Below the pieces are notes generated by a model, which saw nothing but the letters and a program-made list of their open reading frames with translations, was not told the origin of the DNA and searched no databases. Shown here one piece after another: positions 44,530-56,647 of a stretch of 64,000 nt of DNA. Position numbers and translations under genes: made by a program. The DNA is taken from assembly GCA_964016885.1 (NCBI GenBank), contig OZ024741.1:261330001-261394000 (forward strand), in the 5' to 3' direction. This stretch comes from Eledone cirrhosa (lineage: Eukaryota). Numbering within the stretch: position 1 is the first letter of the stretch; every line of letters begins with the position of its first letter.

Positions 44530-47500
44530 TTACGAGTGTTTCGACTTACGAGTCTTTCGACATACGAGTGTTTCAGCTTACGAGTGTTTTGATTTACGAG
44601 TGTTTTGACTTACGGGTGTTTCGACTTACGCGTGTTTCGACTTACGAGTGTTTCGGCTTACGAGTGTTTCGACTTACGAGTGTTTCGGCTTACGAGTGTT
44701 TCGGCTTACGAGTGTTTCCGGCTTACGAGTGTTTCGACTTACGAGTGTTTTGACTTACGGTGTTTCGGCTTACGAGTGATTCGACTTACGAGTGTTTTGA
44801 CTTACGGGTGTTTTGACTTACGGGTGTTGTGAATTACGAGTGTTCCGATTTACGAGTGTTTCGGCTTATGAGTGTTTCGACTTACGAGTGTTTCGGCTTA
44901 CGAGTGTTTCGACTTATGGGTGTTTCGACTTACGAGTGTTTTTACTTACGGTGTTTCGGCTTACGAGTGTTTCGACATACGAGTGTTCAGACTTACGAGT
45001 GTTCCGACTTACGAGCGTTCCGACTTACGAGTGTTTCGACTTACGAGTGTTAAGACTTACGGGTGTTTTGACATACGAGTGTTTCGATACGAGTGTTTCG
45101 ACTTACGAGTGTTACGAGTGTTCTGACTTACGAGTGTTCTGACTTACGAGTGTTCTGACTTACGAGTGTTCTGACTTACGACCGTTCTGACTTACGAGTG
45201 TTCGGACTTACGAGTGTTTCGGCTTACGAGTGTTTCAACTAACGAGTGTTCTGACTTACGAGTGTTCCGACTTACGAGCGTTCCGACTTACGAGTGTTTC
45301 GGCTTACAAGTGTTCCGACTTACGAGTGTTTCGACTTACGAGTGTTAAGACTTACGGGTGTTTTGACATACGAGTGTTTCGATACGAGTGTTTCGACTTA
45401 CGAGTGTTACGAGTGTTCTGACTTACGAGTGTTTCGACTTACGAGTGTTATGACCTACAAGTGTTCTGACTTACGAGTGTTTCGACTTACGATTGTTTTT
45501 TTCACTTACGGGTGTTTCGACTTACGCGTGTTTCGATTTACGAGTGTTTAGACTTACGAGTGTTTCGACTACGAATGTTCCGACTTACGAGTGTTTCGAC
45601 TTACGAGTGTTTCGACTTACGGGTGGTCTGACTTACGGGTGTTCTGACTTACCAGTGTTCCGATTTACGAGTGTTTCAGCTTATGAGTGTTTCGACTTAA
45701 GAGTGCTTCGGTTTACGAGTGTTTCGACTTACGAGTGTTTCGGCTTATGAGTGTTTCGACTTACGAGTGTTTTGACTTATGGTGTTTCGGCTTACGAGTG
45801 TTTCGACATACGAGTGTTTTGACTTACGGGTGTTTCGACTTACCGGAGTTTCGACGTAAGAGTGTTTCGACTTACGAGCGCTTCGACATACGAGTGTTTC
45901 GACTTACGAGTGTTTCGGCGTACGAGTGTTTTGACTTACGAGTGTTTCGACTTACGAGTGCTTTGACTTACGAATGTTTTGAATTACTTCGACTTACGAG
46001 TGATCTGACTTATGAGTGTTCCTACTTACGAGTGTTTCGACTTACGAATGTTTCGATTTGCGAGTGTTTCGACTTACGAGTGTTTCGACTTACGAGTGTT
46101 CTGACTTACGAGTGTTCTGACTTACGAGTGTTCCGACTTACGAGTGTTCCGACTTACGAGTGTTTCGGCTTACGAGTGTTTCCGGCTTACGAGTGTTTCG
46201 ACTTACGAGTGTTTTGACTTACGGTGTTTCGGCTTACGAGTGATTCGACTTACGAATGTTTTGACTTACGGGGTTTCGGCTTGCGAGTGTTTCGACTTAC
46301 GGTGTTTCGGCTTATGAGTGTTTCGACTTAATAATGTTTTTACTTACGAGTGTTCTGACTTACGAGTGTTCTGATTTACGAGTGTTCCGACTTACGAGTG
46401 TTTCGGCTTACGAGTGTTTCGGCTTACGAGTGTTTCGCCTTACGAGTGTTTCGACTTACGAGTGTTCCGACTTACGGGTGTTTCGACTTACGAGTGGTTT
46501 GGCTTACGGTGTTTCGGCTTACGAGTGTTTCGAGTTTCGAGTCTTTTGACTTACGCGTGTTTTGACATACGAGTGTTTCGATACGAGTGTTCTGACTTAC
46601 GAGTGTTCTGACTTACGAGTGTTCTGACTTACGAGTGTTCCGACTTTACGAGTGTTTCGGCTCACGAGTGTTTCGGCTTACGAGTGTTTCGACATACGAG
46701 TGTTTCGACTTCCGAATGTTTTTGCTTACGGGTGTTTCGACTTACGAATGTTTTTGCTTACGAGTGTTTCGGTTTACGAGTGTTCCGACTTACGAGTGTT
46801 CCGACTTAGGAGTGTTTCGGCTTACGAGTGTTTCCGGCTTACGAGTGTTTAGACTTACGAGTGTTTCGACTTTCGAGTGTTTTGACTTACGGTGTTTCGG
46901 CTTACGAGTGATTCGACTTACGAGTGTTTTGACTTACGGGTGTTTTGACTTACGGGTGTTGTGAATTACCAGTGTTCCGATTTACGAGTGTTTTGACTTA
47001 CGGTGTTTCGGCTTGCGAATGTTTCGACTTACGAGTGTTTCGGCTTATGAGTGTTTCGACTTACTAATGTTTTTACTTACGAGTGTTTCGGCGTTCGAGT
47101 GTTTTGACTTACGAGTGTTTCGACTTATGAGTGTTTCGATTTACGAGTGTTCTGACTTACGAGTGTTCTGAATTACGAGTGTTCCGACTTACGAGTGTTT
47201 CGGTTTACGAGTGTTTCGACATACGAGTGTTTTGACTTACGGGTGTTTCGACTTACGGGTGTTTCGACTTACGAGTGTTTCGGCTTACGAGTGTTTTGAC
47301 TTACTAATGTTTTTACTTACGAGTGTTTCGGTGTATGAATGTTTTGACATAAAGATGTTTCGACTTACGAGTGTTTCGACTTACGAGTGTTTCGGCTTAC
47401 GTGAGTTTCGACTTAAGAGTGTTCTGATTTACGAGTCTTCTGACTTGCGGGTGTTCTGATTTACGAGTGTTCCGACTTACGAGTGTTTCGGCTTATGAGT

Positions 47501-48649
47501 GTTCTGACTTACGAATGTTCTGACTTACGAGTGTTCTGACTTACGAGTGTTCTGACTTACGAATGTTTTGACTTACGGGTGTTTCGGCTTACGAGTGTTT
47601 CGACTTACGAGTGTTTCGGCTTACGAGTGTTTCGACTTACTAATGTTTTTACTTACGAGTGTTTCGGCGTACGAGAGTTTTGACTTACGAGTGTTTCGAC
47701 TTACGAGTGTTTTGACTTACGAATGTTTTGACTTACGGGTGTTTCGGCTTATGAGTGTTTCGACTTACGAGTCTTTCGGCTTACGAGTGTTTCGACTTAC
47801 TAATGTTTTTACTTACGAGTGTTTCGGCGTACGAGTGTTTCGACTTACGAGTGTTTCGACTTACGGGTGTTTTGACTTACGGATGTTTCGGCTTACGAGT
47901 GTTTCGACTTACGAGTGTTTTGACTTAAGGGTGTTTCAACTTACGAGTATTTTTGGCTTACGAGTGTTTCGACTTACGAGTGTTTTGACTTACGAGTGTT
48001 CTGATTTACGGATGTTTCGACATACGAGTGTTTCGACTTACGAATGTTTCGACTTATGAGTGTTTCGACTTACGAGTGTTTCGGCTTACGAGTGTTTCGA
48101 CTTACGAGTGTTTTGACTTACGGTGTTTCGGCTTACGAGTGCTTCGACTTACGAGTGTTTTGACTTACGGGTGTTTTGACATACGAGTGTTTCGATACGA
48201 GTGTTCTGACTTACGAGTGTTTTGACTTACGAGTGTTCTGACTTACGAGTGTTCCGACTTACGAGTGTTCCGACTTACGAGTGTTTCGGCTTACGAGTGT
48301 TTCCGGCTTACGAGTGTTTCGACTTCCGAGTGTTTTGACTTACGGGTGTTTTGACTTACGACTGTTTCGGCTTACGAGTGTTTTGACTTACGAGTGTTTT
48401 GACTTAATTGTGTTTCGACTTACGAGTATTTTTGGCTTACGAGTGTTTCGACTTACGAGTGTTTTGACTTACGGGTGTTTTGACATACGAGTGTTTCGAT
48501 ACGAGTGTTCTGACTTACGAGTGTTCTGACTTACGAGTGTTTTGCCTTACGAGTGTTCTGACTTACGAGTGTTCTGACTTACGAGTGTTCCGTCTTTACG
48601 AGTGTTTCCGCTCACGAGTGTTTCGGCTTACGAGTGTTTCGACTTACGA

Positions 48650-48726
48650 AAATAACAAATAGACGCGGTTTCAAATCTCTATGCTTTTCAAATTCATTAC
48701 ATTAATCTTTATTTATACGTTTCGCT
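48650..48726. repeat. 77-bp AT-rich insert, copy 8
   Basis: Consensus insert, flank type as copy 5. Confidence 0.95.
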
Positions 48727-50532
48727 TTACGAGTGTTTCGACTTACGAGTCTTTCGACATACGAGTGTTTCAGCTTACGAGTGTTTTGATTTACGAGTGT
48801 TTTGACTTACGGGTGTTTCGACTTACGCGTGTTTCGACTTACGAGTGTTTCGGCTTACGAGTGTTTCGACTTACGAGTGTTTCGGCTTACGAGTGTTTCG
48901 GCTTACGAGTGTTTCCGGCTTACGAGTGTTTCGACTTACGAGTGTTTTGACTTACGGTGTTTCGGCTTACGAGTGATTCGACTTACGAGTGTTTTGACTT
49001 ACGGGTGTTTTGACTTACGGGTGTTGTGAATTACGAGTGTTCCGATTTACGAGTGTTTCGGCTTATGAGTGTTTCGACTTACGAGTGTTTCGGCTTACGA
49101 GTGTTTCGACTTATGGGTGTTTCGACTTACGAGTGTTTTTACTTACGGTGTTTCGGCTTACGAGTGTTTCGACATACGAGTGTTCAGACTTACGAGTGTT
49201 CCGACTTACGAGCGTTCCGACTTACGAGTGTTTCGACTTACGAGTGTTAAGACTTACGGGTGTTTTGACATACGAGTGTTTCGATACGAGTGTTTCGACT
49301 TACGAGTGTTACGAGTGTTCTGACTTACGAGTGTTCTGACTTACGAGTGTTCTGACTTACGAGTGTTCTGACTTACGACCGTTCTGACTTACGAGTGTTC
49401 GGACTTACGAGTGTTTCGGCTTACGAGTGTTTCAACTAACGAGTGTTCTGACTTACGAGTGTTCCGACTTACGAGCGTTCCGACTTACGAGTGTTTCGGC
49501 TTACAAGTGTTCCGACTTACGAGTGTTTCGACTTACGAGTGTTAAGACTTACGGGTGTTTTGACATACGAGTGTTTCGATACGAGTGTTTCGACTTACGA
49601 GTGTTACGAGTGTTCTGACTTACGAGTGTTTCGACTTACGAGTGTTATGACCTACAAGTGTTCTGACTTACGAGTGTTTCGACTTACGATTGTTTTTTTC
49701 ACTTACGGGTGTTTCGACTTACGCGTGTTTCGATTTACGAGTGTTTAGACTTACGAGTGTTTCGACTACGAATGTTCCGACTTACGAGTGTTTCGACTTA
49801 CGAGTGTTTCGACTTACGGGTGGTCTGACTTACGGGTGTTCTGACTTACCAGTGTTCCGATTTACGAGTGTTTCAGCTTATGAGTGTTTCGACTTAAGAG
49901 TGCTTCGGTTTACGAGTGTTTCGACTTACGAGTGTTTCGGCTTATGAGTGTTTCGACTTACGAGTGTTTTGACTTATGGTGTTTCGGCTTACGAGTGTTT
50001 CGACATACGAGTGTTTTGACTTACGGGTGTTTCGACTTACCGGTGTTTCGACGTAAGAGTGTTTCGACTTACGAGCGCTTCGACATACGAGTGTTTCGAC
50101 TTACGAGTGTTTCGGCGTACGAGTGTTTTGACTTACGAGTGTTTCGACTTACGAGTGCTTTGACTTACGAATGTTTTGAATTACTTCGACTTACGAGTGA
50201 TCTGACTTACGAGTGTTCCTACTTACGAGTGTTTCGACTTACGAATGTTTCGATTTGCGAGTGTTTCGACTTACGAGTGTTTCGACTTACGAGTGTTCTG
50301 ACTTACGAGTGTTCTGACTTACGAGTGTTCTGACTTACGAGTGTTCCGACTTACGAGTGTTTCGACTTACGAGTGTTTTGACTTACGAATGTTCTGACTT
50401 ACGGGTGTTTCGCCTTACGAGTGTTTCGACTTACGAGTGTTTTAACTTACGGGTGTTTCGACTTACGAATGTTCCGACTTACGAGTGTTTCTACTTACGA
50501 GTGTTTCGGCTTACGAGTGTTTCGACTTACGA

Positions 50533-50609
50533 AAATAACAAATAGATGCGGTTTCAAATCTCTATGCTTTTCAAATTCATTACATTAATATTTATTTATA
50601 CGTTTCGCT
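50533..50609. repeat. 77-bp AT-rich insert, copy 9 (GATGCGG plus TTAATATTT variant)
   Basis: Carries the copy-6 C>T change and an additional C>A (ATTAATATTTATT). Confidence 0.95.
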
Positions 50610-53600
50610 TTACGAGTGTTTCGGCGTACGAGTGTTTCGACTTACGAGTGTTTTAACTTACGGGTGTTTCGACTTACGCGTTTTTCGACTACGAATGTTC
50701 CGACTTACGAGTGTTTCGACTTACGAGTGTTTCGACTTACGAGTGCTTTGACTTACGAATGTTTTGACTTCGACATACGAGTGATCTGACTTACGAGGGT
50801 TCCTACTTACGAGTGTTTCGACTTACGAGTGTTTCGACTTGCGAGTGTTTCGACTTACGAGTGTTTCGGCTTACGAGTGTTTCGGTGTTTCGGCTTACGT
50901 GTGTTTCGACTTAAGAGTGTTTCGACTTACGAGTGTATCGATTTGCGAGTGTTTCGACTTACGAGTGTTTCGGCTTACGAGTGTTTCGGTGTTTCGGCTT
51001 ACGTGTGTTTCGACTTCCGAGTGTTTCGACTTACGGGTGTTTTGACTTACGACTGTTTCGGCTTACGAGTGTTTTGACTTACGAGTGTTTTGACTTAATT
51101 GTGTTTCGACTTACGAGTATTTTTGGCTTACGAGTGTTTCGACTTACGAGTGTTTTGACTTACGAGTGTTCTGATTTACGGATGTTTCGACATACGAGTG
51201 TTTCGACTTACGAGTGTTTCGACTTATGGGTGTTTCGACTTACGAGTGTTTCGACTTACGAGTGTTTCGGCTTATGATTGTTTCGACTTACGAGTGTTTT
51301 GACTTACGGTGTTTCAGCTTACGAGTGTTTCGACTTACGAGTGTTTTGACTTACGGGTGTTTTGACATACGAGTGTTTCGATACGAGTGTTCTGACTTAC
51401 GAGTGTTCTGACTTACGAGTGTTTTGACTTACGAGTGTTCTGACTTACGAGTGTTCCGACTTACGAGTGTTCCGACTTACGAGTGTTTCGGCTTACGAGT
51501 GTTTCCGGCTTACGAGTGTTTCGACTTACGAGTGTTTTGACTTACGGTGTTTCGGCTTACGAGTGATTCGACTTACGAATGTTTTGACTTACGGGGTTTC
51601 GGCTTGCGAGTGTTTCGACTTACGGTGTTTCGGCTTATGAGTGTTTCGACTTAATAATGTTTTTACTTACGAGTGTTCTGACTTACGAGTGTTCTGATTT
51701 ACGAGTGTTCCGACTTACGAGTGTTTCGGCTTACGAGTGTTTCGGCTTACGAGTGTTTCGACTTACGAGTGTTTCGACTTACGAGTGTTCCGACTTACGG
51801 GTGTTTCGACTTACGAGTGGTTTGGCTTACGGTGTTTCGGCTTACGAGTGTTTCGAGTTTCGAGTGTTTTGACTTACGCGTGTTTTGACATACGAGTGTT
51901 TCGATACGAGTGTTCTGACTTACGAGTGTTCTGACTTACGAGTGTTCTGACTTACGAGTGTTCCGACTTTACGAGTGTTTCGGCTCACGAGTGTTTCGGC
52001 TTACGAGTGTTTCGACATACGAGTGTTTCGACTTCCGAATGTTTTTGCTTACGGGTGTTTCGACTTACGAATGTTTTTGCTTACGAGTGTTTCGGTTTAC
52101 GAGTGTTCCGACTTACGAGTGTTCCGACTTACGAGTGTTTCGGCTTACGAGTGTTTCCGGCTTACGAGTGTTTCGACTTACGAGTGTTTTGACTTACGGT
52201 GTTTCGGCTTACGAGTGATTCGACTTACGAATGTTTTGACTTACGGGGTTTCGGCTTGCGAGTGTTTCGACTTACGGGTGTTTCGACTTACGAGTGGTTT
52301 GGCTTACGGTGTTTCGGCTTACGAGTGTTTCGAGTTTCGAGTCTTTTGACTTACGCGTGTTTTGACATACGAGTGTTTCGATACGAGTGTTCTGACTTAC
52401 GAGTGTTCTGACTTACGAGTGTTCTGACTTACGAGTGTTCCGACTTTACGAGTGTTTCGGCTCACGAGTGTTTCGGCTTACGAGTGTTTCGACTTACGAG
52501 TGTTCCGACTTACGGGTGTTTCGACTTACGAGTGGTTTGGCTTACGGTGTTTCGGCTTACGAGTGTTTCGAGTTTCGAGTCTTTTGACTTACGCGTGTTT
52601 TGACATACGAGTGTTTCGATACGAGTGTTCTGACTTACGAGTGTTCTGACTTACGAGTGTTCTGACTTACGAGTGTTCCGACTTTACGAGTGTTTCGGCT
52701 CACGAGTGTTTCGGCTTACGAGTGTTTCGACATACGAGTGTTTCGACTTCCGAATGTTTTTGCTTACGGGTGTTTCGACTTACGAATGTTTTTGCTTACG
52801 AGTGTTTCGGTTTACGAGTGTTCCGACTTACGAGTGTTCCGACTTAGGAGTGTTTCGGCTTACGAGTGTTTCCGGCTTACGAGTGTTTAGACTTACGAGT
52901 GTTTCGACTTTCGAGTGTTTTGACTTACGGTGTTTCGGCTTACGAGTGATTCGACTTACGAGTGTTTTGACTTACGGGTGTTTTGACTTACGGGTGTTGT
53001 GAATTACCAGTGTTCCGATTTACGAGTGTTTTGACTTACGGTGTTTCGGCTTGCGAATGTTTCGACTTACGAGTGTTTCGGCTTATGAGTGTTTCGACTT
53101 ACTAATGTTTTTACTTACGAGTGTTTCGGCGTTCGAGTGTTTTGACTTACGAGTGTTTCGACTTATGAGTGTTTCGATTTACGAGTGTTCTGACTTACGA
53201 GTGTTCTGAATTACGAGTGTTCCGACTTACGAGTATTTCGGTTTACGAGTGTTTCGACATACGAGTGTTTTGACTTACGGGTGTTTCGACTTACGGGTGT
53301 TTCGACTTACGAGTGTTTCGGCTTACGAGTGTTTTGACTTACTAATGTTTTTACTTACGAGTGTTTCGGTGTATGAATGTTTTGACATAAAGATGTTTCG
53401 ACTTACGAGTGTTTCGACTTACGAGTGTTTCGGCTTACGTGAGTTTCGACTTAAGAGTGTTCTGATTTACGAGTCTTCTGACTTGCGGGTGTTCTGATTT
53501 ACGAGTGTTCCGACTTACGAGTGTTTCGGCTTATGAGTGTTCTGACTTACGAATGTTCTGACTTACGAGTGTTCTGACTTACGAGTGTTCTGACTTACGA

Positions 53601-54687
53601 ATGTTTTGACTTACGGGTGTTTCGGCTTACGAGTGTTTCGACTTACGAGTGTTTCGGCTTACGAGTGTTTCGACTTACTAATGTTTTTACTTACGAGTGT
53701 TTCGGCGTACGAGAGTTTTGACTTACGAGTGTTTCGACTTACGAGTGTTTTGACTTACGAATGTTTTGACTTACGGGTGTTTCGGCTTATGAGTGTTTCG
53801 ACTTACGAGTCTTTCGGCTTACGAGTGTTTCGACTTACTAATGTTTTTACTTACGAGTGTTTCGGCGTACGAGTGTTTCGACTTACGAGTGTTTCGACTT
53901 ACGGGTGTTTTGACTTACGGATGTTTCGGCTTACGAGTGTTTCGACTTACGAGTGTTTTGACTTAAGGGTGTTTCAACTTACGAGTATTTTTGGCTTACG
54001 AGTGTTTCGACTTACGAGTGTTTTGACTTACGAGTGTTCTGATTTACGGATGTTTCGACATACGAGTGTTTCGACTTACGAATGTTTCGACTTATGAGTG
54101 TTTCGACTTACGAGTGTTTCGGCTTACGAGTGTTTCGACTTACGAGTGTTTTGACTTACGGTGTTTCGGCTTACGAGTGCTTCGACTTACGAGTGTTTTG
54201 ACTTACGGGTGTTTTGACATACGAGTGTTTCGATACGAGTGTTCTGACTTACGAGTGTTTTGACTTACGAGTGTTCTGACTTACGAGTGTTCCGACTTAC
54301 GAGTGTTCCGACTTACGAGTGTTTCGGCTTACGAGTGTTTCCGGCTTACGAGTGTTTCGACTTCCGAGTGTTTTGACTTACGGGTGTTTTGACTTACGAC
54401 TGTTTCGGCTTACGAGTGTTTTGACTTACGAGTGTTTTGACTTAATTGTGTTTCGACTTACGAGTATTTTTGGCTTACGAGTGTTTCGACTTACGAGTGT
54501 TTTGACTTACGGGTGTTTTGACATACGAGTGTTTCGATACGAGTGTTCTGACTTACGAGTGTTCTGACTTACGAGTGTTTTGCCTTACGAGTGTTCTGAC
54601 TTACGAGTGTTCTGACTTACGAGTGTTCCGTCTTTACGAGTGTTTCCGCTCACGAGTGTTTCGGCTTACGAGTGTTTCGACTTACGA

Positions 54688-54764
54688 AAATAACAAATAG
54701 ACGCGGTTTCAAATCTCTATGCTTTTCAAATTCATTACATTAATCTTTATTTATACGTTTCGCT
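54688..54764. repeat. 77-bp AT-rich insert, copy 10
   Basis: Consensus insert, 6,038 bp after copy 8 with the same flanks. Confidence 0.95.
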
Positions 54765-56570
54765 TTACGAGTGTTTCGACTTACGAGTCTTTCGACATAC
54801 GAGTGTTTCAGCTTACGAGTGTTTTGATTTACGAGTGTTTTGACTTACGGGTGTTTCGACTTACGCGTGTTTCGACTTACGAGTGTTTCGGCTTACGAGT
54901 GTTTCGACTTACGAGTGTTTCGGCTTACGAGTGTTTCGGCTTACGAGTGTTTCCGGCTTACGAGTGTTTCGACTTACGAGTGTTTTGACTTACGGTGTTT
55001 CGGCTTACGAGTGATTCGACTTACGAGTGTTTTGACTTACGGGTGTTTTGACTTACGGGTGTTGTGAATTACGAGTGTTCCGATTTACGAGTGTTTCGGC
55101 TTATGAGTGTTTCGACTTACGAGTGTTTCGGCTTACGAGTGTTTCGACTTATGGGTGTTTCGACTTACGAGTGTTTTTACTTACGGTGTTTCGGCTTACG
55201 AGTGTTTCGACATACGAGTGTTCAGACTTACGAGTGTTCCGACTTACGAGCGTTCCGACTTACGAGTGTTTCGACTTACGAGTGTTAAGACTTACGGGTG
55301 TTTTGACATACGAGTGTTTCGATACGAGTGTTTCGACTTACGAGTGTTACGAGTGTTCTGACTTACGAGTGTTCTGACTTACGAGTGTTCTGACTTACGA
55401 GTGTTCTGACTTACGACCGTTCTGACTTACGAGTGTTCGGACTTACGAGTGTTTCGGCTTACGAGTGTTTCAACTAACGAGTGTTCTGACTTACGAGTGT
55501 TCCGACTTACGAGCGTTCCGACTTACGAGTGTTTCGGCTTACAAGTGTTCCGACTTACGAGTGTTTCGACTTACGAGTGTTAAGACTTACGGGTGTTTTG
55601 ACATACGAGTGTTTCGATACGAGTGTTTCGACTTACGAGTGTTACGAGTGTTCTGACTTACGAGTGTTTCGACTTACGAGTGTTATGACCTACAAGTGTT
55701 CTGACTTACGAGTGTTTCGACTTACGATTGTTTTTTTCACTTACGGGTGTTTCGACTTACGCGTGTTTCGATTTACGAGTGTTTAGACTTACGAGTGTTT
55801 CGACTACGAATGTTCCGACTTACGAGTGTTTCGACTTACGAGTGTTTCGACTTACGGGTGGTCTGACTTACGGGTGTTCTGACTTACCAGTGTTCCGATT
55901 TACGAGTGTTTCAGCTTATGAGTGTTTCGACTTAAGAGTGCTTCGGTTTACGAGTGTTTCGACTTACGAGTGTTTCGGCTTATGAGTGTTTCGACTTACG
56001 AGTGTTTTGACTTATGGTGTTTCGGCTTACGAGTGTTTCGACATACGAGTGTTTTGACTTACGGGTGTTTCGACTTACCGGTGTTTCGACGTAAGAGTGT
56101 TTCGACTTACGAGCGCTTCGACATACGAGTGTTTCGACTTACGAGTGTTTCGGCGTACGAGTGTTTTGACTTACGAGTGTTTCGACTTACGAGTGCTTTG
56201 ACTTACGAATGTTTTGAATTACTTCGACTTACGAGTGATCTGACTTACGAGTGTTCCTACTTACGAGTGTTTCGACTTACGAATGTTTCGATTTGCGAGT
56301 GTTTCGACTTACGAGTGTTTCGACTTACGAGTGTTCTGACTTACGAGTGTTCTGACTTACGAGTGTTCTGACTTACGAGTGTTCCGACTTACGAGTGTTT
56401 CGACTTACGAGTGTTTTGACTTACGAATGTTCTGACTTACGGGTGTTTCGCCTTACGAGTGTTTCGACTTACGAGTGTTTTAACTTACGGGTGTTTCGAC
56501 TTACGAATGTTCCGACTTACGAGTGTTTCTACTTACGAGTGTTTCGGCTTACGAGTGTTTCGACTTACGA

Positions 56571-56647
56571 AAATAACAAATAGATGCGGTTTCAAATCTC
56601 TATGCTTTTCAAATTCATTACATTAATATTTATTTATACGTTTCGCT
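56571..56647. repeat. 77-bp AT-rich insert, copy 11
   Basis: Same two variants as copy 9, 6,038 bp downstream. Confidence 0.95.

Larger units (their letters stand above)
41950..50320 (+). repeat. Tandem duplication, ~4.17-4.20-kb unit
   Basis: Offset 4,165 for 42470/46635, 43046/47211 and 43403/47568. Offset 4,197 for 44484/48681, 45230/49427 and 45687/49884. Confidence 0.88.

Noticed and set aside
31735-54988. ORFs starting in the cassette (MLFKFITLIFIYTF...) resembling a signal peptide
   Set aside because: AT-rich DNA yields F/I/L/Y by default. The downstream part is just translated satellite of variable length, and several cassette copies give no ORF of 60 aa or more.
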